Position numbers and translations under genes: made by a program | Shown: one piece after another, positions 57,173-64,000 of the stretch | How positions within the stretch are numbered: position 1 is the stretch's first letter | How the letters are laid out: each line of letters starts with the position of its first letter | Notes under the pieces: generated by a model | What the model saw: the letters and a program-made list of their open reading frames with translations, nothing else | What the model was told of the DNA's origin: nothing | Databases searched by the model: none | Assembly: GCA_020352775.1 (NCBI GenBank) | Contig: CP070684.1 | Span: 47,302 to 111,301, forward strand | Length of the DNA stretch: 64,000 nucleotides | Direction of reading: 5' to 3' | Source of the DNA: Candidatus Omnitrophota bacterium | Lineage (GTDB): Bacteria; Omnitrophota; Gorgyraeia; Duberdicusellales; 4484-171

Positions 57173-59478
57173 TATTCAGATTACAGGATAGAAATTTAAG
57201 GTTTGTGCTTATTACTATTGCGGCGCTATCAATATTTATATGTGCTGGGTCAACAGGATGGACGCAGCAAGATTCAGCCGGTTACGTTAAAAAAGGCTGG
57301 GCCGCATCAGGAAAAGGGGATTTTGAGCAGGTTTATCGCCTCGCTGATAAATGTATAGATAAATTCTCGCAAGAAGCTCAAGCGTTAGCTTCGGAGCTCA
57401 GTGATTTTCCTCCTCAGGCAGAGGTCAGCCGTTACCAGGTGATGAATGACGTTGCCACCTGCTACTTCATAAAAGGAGAGGCATTGCGAAATGCCGGTAA
57501 AACAGAGGAGGCAAAAAAAGTCTTAGGAGAAGCGATTGAGAAATATCCTTACGCGCAGGCCTATGATCCACGCGGATGGTACTGGTCTGTAGCAGAAAAA
57601 TCTAATATCGTAATCGCTGAAATCGAAGGAATAGTTTATGAACCTCCTCACCGCATAGAAAAAGAAATCAAAATCAGCCTTCATGACGAAGGAGAAGAAT
57701 TCCCAGTAGATTACTCCCGCTATGGGAAATTTAAAAACGTGGGAACCAAAGATTATAAATACCAGATGAACGACCCCATCGGACTGGGGCGAGCTACAGG
57801 AGAAGGGATTTATCCTAACTCCAGCTCAGTGCGCTTTGACCCGGAATTTGTAAAAATAAAAAAACAATTGCATAAAATCGATCACTGGAAAATATTAAAC
57901 AGCCGGGACTTAAAAACTGCCTTTTACAAATGGAACCTGGCGCCGGAATCGCCCGGGACTAAGCTTTTTTATATTGCCGAATTGTTAGAGCGTAGCGGAT
58001 TAATTAAGCATGCAGTTAAGGCCTATCATGCAATTTTGGTTCACTTTCCCAAAACATACGCCTGGACCTACTGGCATACCCCCTGGTATGTAGGAAAAGC
58101 TGCTCTTTACAGGCTCAAGACTATTCTAAAACAAAATCCTCAATTGGGCGTGAAATTAGAAGACGCTTCCATTATTGTACTTAACGGTAATGATAATGAT
58201 GTACGAAATGATGAATTTATCGTAAATCCCGGCAGACTGGCAAGGCTCTCGCTTTCAGAGAAATTATTCTGGACACAAACCGTTTGCGGGACGAAGGAAC
58301 GCAAACCAAAAAATATGGTAGAAAAAAGAGGAGGAGAAAAAATCAGTCTCCTAAAGTATGAGAATGGCGACTGGCAACTGCTGGTAGACGGCCAACCATT
58401 CATGATCAAAGGCATTACTTATGGTCCCACCCGGGTAGGAGAATCTCCTGATGACGGCAGTCTTATGAACTGGAGTACACAGGATGTAAATAAAAACGGC
58501 CTTATTGACGGGCCATATGAAACCTGGGTAGACAAAAACCAAAATAACCAAAAGGATCCGGATGAAAAAGTAATGGGTGATTTTGCCCTTATGAAAGAGA
58601 TGGGAACAAATTGTATCCGCCTTTATCATCAACCTTTTAAGCTAAATAAAGAATTACTTAACCAAATGTATGACGACTATGGCATATTTGTCGTCCTGGG
58701 AGATTTTCTCGGAAAATACGCCATCGGCAGCGGCGCAGACTGGGAAGAAGGCACTGATTACGATAATCCGGTGCATCAACAAAACATGCTTGAAAGCGTA
58801 AAAAATATGGTCATGGAGTTTAAGGATGAGCCTTATGTTTTGATGTGGTTGCTAGGAAATGAAAACATCTATGGTTTAGGCTGTAACGCCGATAAAAAAC
58901 CAGAGAGCTTTTTTGCATTTGCAAATAAAGCTGCGCTACTCATAAAATCACTTGATCCCCAGCGAAGGCCGATAGCGATTGCTTCCGGGGACTCGTTATA
59001 CCTGAATGTTTTTGCCCAGCACTGCCCTGAAATCGACATATTCGGAACAAATTCTTATCGAGGAAAATATGGATTTCTGGATTTATGGGATGAAGTAAGA
59101 AGGGTGGCCGGGGTTGCGGCAATGATCACTGAATTTGGTGCCCCGGCATACGCGGCAGGATACGAAATGGAAGAAGCCCAAGATTTTCAAAATCAATATC
59201 ACAAAACTGCCTGGAATGATATCAGCTGCAATTCAGCAGGATTCGGGGCTGGCAATGCCGTTGGTGGATTTGTGTTTGAGTGGCTGGATGAATGGTGGAA
59301 AGCTTATAAACCTGCGCATCACGACCGTAAAGGCCTTTTTGCCGGACCATTTTTAGACGGATATATGCATGAAGAGTGGCTTGGTCTTTGCGCACAAGGG
59401 GATGGAAAACAATCTCCTTTTATGAGACAATTGAGAAAAGCTTACTTTACATATAAAGAACTTTGGAGTAAAAAATAA
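57169..59478 (+). CDS. Secreted two-part protein: helical (TPR-like) N-terminal region plus clan GH-A-like (beta/alpha)8 glycosidase/transglycosylase domain
   Basis: 769 aa; signal peptide; C-terminal half has 'IKGITYGP', 'GTNCIRLYH', 'WLLGNENIYG', 'ITEFGAPAY', 'GGFVFEWLDEWWK'; paralogous to 60754-62025. Confidence 0.6.
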   Translation: MIFRLQDRNLRFVLITIAALSIFICAGSTGWTQQDSAGYVKKGWAASGKGDFEQVYRLADKCIDKFSQEAQALASELSDFPPQAEVSRYQVMNDVATCYFIKGEALRNAGKTEEAKKVLGEAIEKYPYAQAYDPRGWYWSVAEKSNIVIAEIEGIVYEPPHRIEKEIKISLHDEGEEFPVDYSRYGKFKNVGTKDYKYQMNDPIGLGRATGEGIYPNSSSVRFDPEFVKIKKQLHKIDHWKILNSRDLKTAFYKWNLAPESPGTKLFYIAELLERSGLIKHAVKAYHAILVHFPKTYAWTYWHTPWYVGKAALYRLKTILKQNPQLGVKLEDASIIVLNGNDNDVRNDEFIVNPGRLARLSLSEKLFWTQTVCGTKERKPKNMVEKRGGEKISLLKYENGDWQLLVDGQPFMIKGITYGPTRVGESPDDGSLMNWSTQDVNKNGLIDGPYETWVDKNQNNQKDPDEKVMGDFALMKEMGTNCIRLYHQPFKLNKELLNQMYDDYGIFVVLGDFLGKYAIGSGADWEEGTDYDNPVHQQNMLESVKNMVMEFKDEPYVLMWLLGNENIYGLGCNADKKPESFFAFANKAALLIKSLDPQRRPIAIASGDSLYLNVFAQHCPEIDIFGTNSYRGKYGFLDLWDEVRRVAGVAAMITEFGAPAYAAGYEMEEAQDFQNQYHKTAWNDISCNSAGFGAGNAVGGFVFEWLDEWWKAYKPAHHDRKGLFAGPFLDGYMHEEWLGLCAQGDGKQSPFMRQLRKAYFTYKELWSKK

Positions 59479-59597
59479 AGTATAGAGCTAGGGAAGGCGA
59501 AATTCATAGGCAAAGGGAGGTGGAAGAGAGAAACGGCTAAAAACAATAAAAAATAAAGGAAGCTAAATATAGTGACAGCATTTAAAAAGGAGGTCCG

Positions 59598-60767
59598 ATG
59601 CGTAAGATTTCATTGTTAGTTCTAACAGGTATGGTGATTTTCAGTTTATGTGCCTTAGCGCAAGGGGAGAAATTTTATGTATATTCAGATAAAAATTCTC
59701 CCTCAAACCATTTTATTCCCAGCGGCTGGATGGGTGATTACGGAGACTTGAGGTTTAATGACCAAGCTCTGGAAGAACCTCTAACTGGTGCAACCTCAAT
59801 AAAAATCACCTACAGCGCAAAAAAATCACAAGGGCAAGGATGGACCGGTATTTACTGGCAATCATCGCAGAATAACTGGGGCACAAAGGATACTGGTTTT
59901 GATCTTACCGGATTTAACAAACTTGTTTTTAACGCCAGGGGCAAAAACGGTGGAGAAGTAATCACCACTTTAAAAGTAGGCGGAATCATTGAGAATCCCG
60001 CCACTGGTGAGTCTTATCCTTTCGCTGACTCTACCAATGTCGAATACGGCCCAATACGCCTGACCAAAGACTGGCAGCAATACTCGATCAATCTGGTAGA
60101 TAAAGACCTTTTTTACATTAATGGGGGCCTTGCGATAATTTTCAATGCCGCACACGCTGGAGGAGAACAAACTGTCTATTTAGACGATATCTACTACACC
60201 TATGACCCGAATTTAAAAAAAGAAGAAGTGGGAGTGAGTTTTCCATTCTACGTCTATGCAGACTCAAATTCTCTTGATAACCATTACATACCCAGCGGAT
60301 GGATGCCAGCTACTGCTGCACGAGATTTAAAGCTGAATGTAAACTGGAAAAAAACCCCATATTCAGGTGATTCCTGTATAAGAGTAGAGTACAGAAACAA
60401 CTCCGGAACAAGATGGGCCGGTATCTACTGGCAGCATCCGGCAAATAACTGGGGTACTGTTCCTGACGCGGGATTTAATCTTCAAGGCGCTAAAAAGCTC
60501 ACCTTTTGGGCCAAGGGTGAACGCGGCGGTGAACTCATCAATGAGTTTAAAGTCGGTGGTATCGTAAGTGGCGAATTCATCGACTCTGACAGCGCCGGAA
60601 TCGGGCCAGTACAATTAAGACCTGACTGGCAGAAGTATGAGATTGATCTGCGCGGAGCTGACCTTTCTTATATCATCGGAGGCTTTTGCTGGGCAACAAA
60701 CATCGACGTCAATGACCCCGAAGGAATCGTGTTTTACCTCGACGAAATAAAATATGAAGTGGAATAA
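59598..60767 (+). CDS. Secreted protein made of two tandem beta-sandwich (CBM-like) domains of about 185 aa
   Basis: 389 aa; signal peptide; repeats 'FYVYSDKNSPSNHFIPSGWMGD...WTGIYWQSSQNNWG' and 'FYVYADSNSLDNHYIPSGWMPA...WAGIYWQHPANNWG'; SD AAGGAGG. Confidence 0.6.
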   Translation: MRKISLLVLTGMVIFSLCALAQGEKFYVYSDKNSPSNHFIPSGWMGDYGDLRFNDQALEEPLTGATSIKITYSAKKSQGQGWTGIYWQSSQNNWGTKDTGFDLTGFNKLVFNARGKNGGEVITTLKVGGIIENPATGESYPFADSTNVEYGPIRLTKDWQQYSINLVDKDLFYINGGLAIIFNAAHAGGEQTVYLDDIYYTYDPNLKKEEVGVSFPFYVYADSNSLDNHYIPSGWMPATAARDLKLNVNWKKTPYSGDSCIRVEYRNNSGTRWAGIYWQHPANNWGTVPDAGFNLQGAKKLTFWAKGERGGELINEFKVGGIVSGEFIDSDSAGIGPVQLRPDWQKYEIDLRGADLSYIIGGFCWATNIDVNDPEGIVFYLDEIKYEVE

Positions 60768-62025
60768 ACTGCTAATCATTGGAGGCAGTCTCATTTTAGG
60801 CTGCCTCCTTATTTTAGCCTCTTATTATCTGCTTAAGGAAACTGGCCTACTTAAAAAGCAAGAGCTGGTTAAAGAGCTTGAAATCAAATCTAACCCTGAC
60901 GGCGGATATTTTATTTCTTTTCGTAGAAAACCAGTGCTTATAAAGGGGGTAAGCTATAACCCCACCCCGATAGGCAAAGGCTACACCTATGATTTCTTCT
61001 CTGACGAAAACAAACCCTGGATGCTCGATGGTGAGCTCATGAAAGAGATGGGCATTAACTGCGTGAGGGTTTATTCTACCAGTAAAAATCTCGATAAAGT
61101 AAAAGAATTTATCAGCGATATGTATCAAAATTTCGGGATTTACACTATTGTATCTGACTGGCTGGGATTATGGGACAGTCCTTCGGCAAATTATGCCGAT
61201 TTAGATTTCCAGGAAAGAACAAAAAAGAAAGTGCTTGAAATCGTAACAGCCCTTAAAGACACTGAAGGGTTACTGATGTGGAATCTGGGCAATGAAAACA
61301 ATTACACCTTTTCAGGAAAAATTGGATTCTGGACCTCTCCGGAGATAGAAAAGATCGAGACTTCTTACGGTAAAATCATGAAAAAAGCTGAAATCTATTA
61401 CGCTTTTGTGGATGAATTAGCTAAAGAAATAAAAGCAATCGATCCTATTCACCCCGTAGCCCTGGGTAATGGAGAGGCGAGTTTCTTGGATGTCGCTTCC
61501 AGGGTCTGTGAAAATATTGATGTATTGGCAATAATTATATACCGCGGTAAAAGATTCGGTAATCTTTTTGAAAATATCCGTAAAATCTTCGATAAACCGA
61601 TTATTGTTTCGGAGTTCGGGTGCGACTCCTACAATGCTTATACCGAAAAGGAAGACCAAAACGTACAGGCTGAATTCCTTCTTTCACAATGGAAAGATTT
61701 ACACCGAAATACTGTTTTTGGAGAAAATACGCGCGGTAATTGCCTGGGAGGAGTAGTTTTTGAATGGAATGATGAGTGGTGGAAGCACAATGAAGGATAC
61801 AGTCCTGACTGGGATAAACATAATCATGAAGCAGGTTGGTCAAACGGATCTTATTACTTTGATATCCGCGTACCAGGCAATATGAACATGAATGAAGAGT
61901 GGTTTGGCCTGGTATCTTTAAGCGAAAAAGAAAAAAATAATATCCATAAAAGAATTCCTAAAAAGTCTTATTTTATACTGCAAGAGTTTTTCTCTGAAAT
62001 CTCATCCGCTAAACCTGCCTCCTAA
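60754..62025 (+). CDS. Membrane-anchored clan GH-A-like (beta/alpha)8 glycosidase/transglycosylase
   Basis: 423 aa; N-terminal TM; 'IKGVSYNP', 'GINCVRVYS', 'WNLGNENNY', 'IVSEFGCDSYN', 'GGVVFEWNDEWWK'; 14-nt overlap with the upstream gene. Confidence 0.6.
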   Translation: MKWNKLLIIGGSLILGCLLILASYYLLKETGLLKKQELVKELEIKSNPDGGYFISFRRKPVLIKGVSYNPTPIGKGYTYDFFSDENKPWMLDGELMKEMGINCVRVYSTSKNLDKVKEFISDMYQNFGIYTIVSDWLGLWDSPSANYADLDFQERTKKKVLEIVTALKDTEGLLMWNLGNENNYTFSGKIGFWTSPEIEKIETSYGKIMKKAEIYYAFVDELAKEIKAIDPIHPVALGNGEASFLDVASRVCENIDVLAIIIYRGKRFGNLFENIRKIFDKPIIVSEFGCDSYNAYTEKEDQNVQAEFLLSQWKDLHRNTVFGENTRGNCLGGVVFEWNDEWWKHNEGYSPDWDKHNHEAGWSNGSYYFDIRVPGNMNMNEEWFGLVSLSEKEKNNIHKRIPKKSYFILQEFFSEISSAKPAS

Positions 62026-62070
62026 AATCTAAAAATAACCTTAATAAATCAAATTTCTGGAGAAAAAGAT

Positions 62071-62099
62071 TTGACAGACAAAAGTTTTGCATTTAAAAT
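62071..62099 (+). promoter_or_regulatory. Sigma70-type promoter
   Basis: Consensus TTGACA (62071-62076), 17-nt spacer, TAAAAT (62094-62099). Confidence 0.55.
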
Positions 62100-62158
62100 A
62101 ATGCCAACTAATTTATCAATATTGCAATTTGCCAACAAAACCATTAAAAGGAGAAAGA

Positions 62159-62722
62159 ATGATAAAAAAGCTCTTTATTTTCGCCATCTTTTTGTTTTCT
62201 TTTCTAATTTCTATAGATCTTTTTGCCCTGGACGGGATTGAGATACTATCCGGATATCTAGATGCTGATTTAGATAAAAAAGAAGACTATGAGGGAATCC
62301 CCTTATTGGTAGCGCTTAATTATGATGTCAGGCCTATGTTTGAAAAGATAGGCATTCAAACCCAGGGTCGCATAGACTTTATCCTAGAGCCATTCATAAA
62401 TACAATAACCAGTCCGGATAGTAATATTGAAGTAGGGGCAAACTTATTACTCAAATATATCTGCCCCCTTACTGAACGCCTACAGCTTTATGTTAAGGGA
62501 GGAGCCGGTGCGCTTTATATGAGCCAACACACTGAAGAACAAGGCACCCAGTATAACTTCCTTCCACAATTAGGAGCAGGAATCCATCTTTTTCTAAGTG
62601 GTGGGGTGGCTTTAAGTTGTGAATACCGCTACCGGCACCTCTCAAACGCCGATATCGAAAAACCAAACAGTGGAATAGATACCACAATGATTCTGGGCGG
62701 TGTATCTTTTTTCTTTGACTAA
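62159..62722 (+). CDS. Acyloxyacyl hydrolase / lipid A 3-O-deacylase (PagL-like) outer-membrane protein
   Basis: Start set at the ATG at 62159 (AGGAGA upstream); signal peptide; beta-barrel pattern; 'YRYRHLSNADI' His-x-Ser-Asn catalytic motif; C-terminal 'GGVSFFFD'. Confidence 0.65.
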   Translation: MIKKLFIFAIFLFSFLISIDLFALDGIEILSGYLDADLDKKEDYEGIPLLVALNYDVRPMFEKIGIQTQGRIDFILEPFINTITSPDSNIEVGANLLLKYICPLTERLQLYVKGGAGALYMSQHTEEQGTQYNFLPQLGAGIHLFLSGGVALSCEYRYRHLSNADIEKPNSGIDTTMILGGVSFFFD

Positions 62723-62729
62723 TAGATAA

Positions 62730-63185
62730 ATGATTAGAAAAGCAACTATTGCCGACGCCAAAAATATCCACACGTTAATCCAATCCTGCGCTAAAAAGGG
62801 TAAGATCTTAGAACGCTCTTTGAATAATATTTATGAAAATATACGCGCCTTCTGGGTCTATGAAGATAAAACAAAAATTGTCGCCTGCTGCGCCCTGGGT
62901 ATAGTGGGCTGGCAGAACCTGGGCGAAATACGATCTTTAGTGGTCGCTCCTAAATTCCGGCATAAAGGAATCGGCGCTAACCTGGTAAAAAAATGCATCG
63001 AAGAAGCCAAGGGTTTAAGCATAAAAGGTATTTTTACCCTTACTTTTATCCCTTCTTTTTTCAAAAAACTGGGGTTTAAAACAATTGACAAAAAGGAACT
63101 TCCACATAAAATATGGAGCGATTGCATAAATTGTGTTTATTTCCCGGACTGTGAAGAACAAGCAATGATATTGAAAATAAAGTGA
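62730..63185 (+). CDS. GNAT-family N-acetyltransferase (short ArgA-like)
   Basis: 151 aa; 'IRKATIADAKNIHTLI', acetyl-CoA motif A 'LVVAPKFRHKGIGANLVKK'. Confidence 0.8.
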   Translation: MIRKATIADAKNIHTLIQSCAKKGKILERSLNNIYENIRAFWVYEDKTKIVACCALGIVGWQNLGEIRSLVVAPKFRHKGIGANLVKKCIEEAKGLSIKGIFTLTFIPSFFKKLGFKTIDKKELPHKIWSDCINCVYFPDCEEQAMILKIK

Positions 63186-63294
63186 GACACTTCGCGACTT
63201 CTAGTCGCTCAGTGTTTAATTCGCAGACGTCCTTACGGACTACAATTTCCGTCACAGTAGTTGCGTAAATTGTCTGCTCATTAAAGGAGGAAAG

Positions 63295-64000
63295 ATGTCA
63301 CTAGTAACTTATCCTTTAACTGAAGAACAACAAATGCTTAAAGATTTGTGCCGTCAAATTGCCGAAGAAAAAATAAGACCGGTATCGCGGGAGCTTGATG
63401 AAAAAGAAGAATTTCCCACTGAAATCATAAAAACCATGGCACAATCGGATTTATTTGGTATCACCATACCCGAACAATATGGAGGAATGGGAGGAGGATT
63501 ACTTGATTTAGTAATCGCCACCGAAGAGATTTCCCGAGTCGATGGAGGAGTTGCCGCCTCATATGCAGCATCGTTCTTGGGAATGATTCCAATTTTACTT
63601 TTCGGAACTGAGGATCAGAAGAAAAAATACCTGCCTGCTATTGCTTCAGGCAAGAAGCTGTGCGCGTTTGCCATTACTGAACCGGAGGCTGGTTCTGACG
63701 CTTCAGCGGTTAAAACCAACGCTAAAAAAGATAAAGATGGCTATATCTTAAACGGAACAAAACATTTCATCACCAATGCCGGAGATGCTGATATTTATAC
63801 AATTATCGCTGCAACCGATAAAACTAAAGGCGCACGGGGAATGTCAGCATTTATCGTGGAAAAAGGCACTAAAGGATTGGATTTCGGAAAAAAGGAAGAA
63901 AAATTGGGAATACGTGCCTCTTCCACAAGAGAGATTATCTTTAGCGACGCCAAAGTCTCCAAAGAAAACCTCCTCGGCGGCAGGGAAGGAATAGGGTTTA
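63295..64000 (+). CDS. Acyl-CoA dehydrogenase, 5' partial (continues beyond the window; absent from the ORF track because it has no stop)
   Basis: SD AAAGGAGG then ATG at 63295; 'LTEEQQMLKDLCRQIAEEKIRP', 'GGMGGG', 'FAITEPEAGSDA', 'LNGTKHFITNAG', 'SAFIVEKGTKGL'; open to the last base. Confidence 0.9.
   Translation, partial: MSLVTYPLTEEQQMLKDLCRQIAEEKIRPVSRELDEKEEFPTEIIKTMAQSDLFGITIPEQYGGMGGGLLDLVIATEEISRVDGGVAASYAASFLGMIPILLFGTEDQKKKYLPAIASGKKLCAFAITEPEAGSDASAVKTNAKKDKDGYILNGTKHFITNAGDADIYTIIAATDKTKGARGMSAFIVEKGTKGLDFGKKEEKLGIRASSTREIIFSDAKVSKENLLGGREGIGF

Noticed and set aside
63776-63994. 72-aa + strand track ORF
   Set aside because: It is out of frame within the partial acyl-CoA dehydrogenase gene that starts at 63295.

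Overview
Gene-dense, AT-rich bacterial chromosomal segment using the standard genetic code, with most genes on the + strand. Outer-membrane beta-barrels, BamE-like and PagL-like proteins, a full Rnf complex and a hemerythrin point to an uncultivated-type diderm anaerobe; I cannot name the taxon. In order the window holds: uvdE; envelope proteins; corA; an arsR-permease-thioredoxin-like cassette; a block of about 11 kb (roughly 6-17 kb) made almost entirely of secreted or membrane proteins of unknown function, including three paralogous PilX-N-domain proteins and one minor-pilin operon; HPP and a UbiA-like fusion; trxA; tRNA-Met(CAT), a broken copy of the tRNA-Val 5' half, and tRNA-Val(CAC). 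A housekeeping run follows: COG1579 Zn-ribbon, RNase H, yebC, ruvC, ruvA, scpB, metK, ahcY, pfk, long class II aldolase, ilvD, mreBCD-mrdA-rodA and a radical-SAM pair. Next come a minus-strand polyamine operon (nspC, CASDH, SpeD-like), tRNA-Thr(CGT), an MFS transporter, rnfCDGEAB plus an RseC-like gene, purN, an FtsH-like protease with a lipoprotein divergent from hflKC, and purU. The last part holds a sugar ABC importer without an ATPase, followed by two paralogous clan GH-A-like proteins and a tandem CBM-like protein, then a PagL-like OMP, a GNAT, and the 5' part of an acyl-CoA dehydrogenase that runs off the window. I saw no CRISPR array, transposase, integrase, reverse transcriptase, rRNA or recognisable defence gene. 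The best second-look candidates are: (1) the glycan locus at 54-62 kb with GH-like proteins I cannot assign to a family; (2) the PilX-like/beta-helix paralogue family and its envelope island; (3) the SpeD-like pyruvoyl enzyme with an altered processing motif inside a CASDH/CANSDC operon; (4) the tRNA-Val fragment split by a GC-rich palindrome; (5) a PFK with altered nucleotide-site motifs. All functional calls rest on motif recognition by eye; no database search was run.
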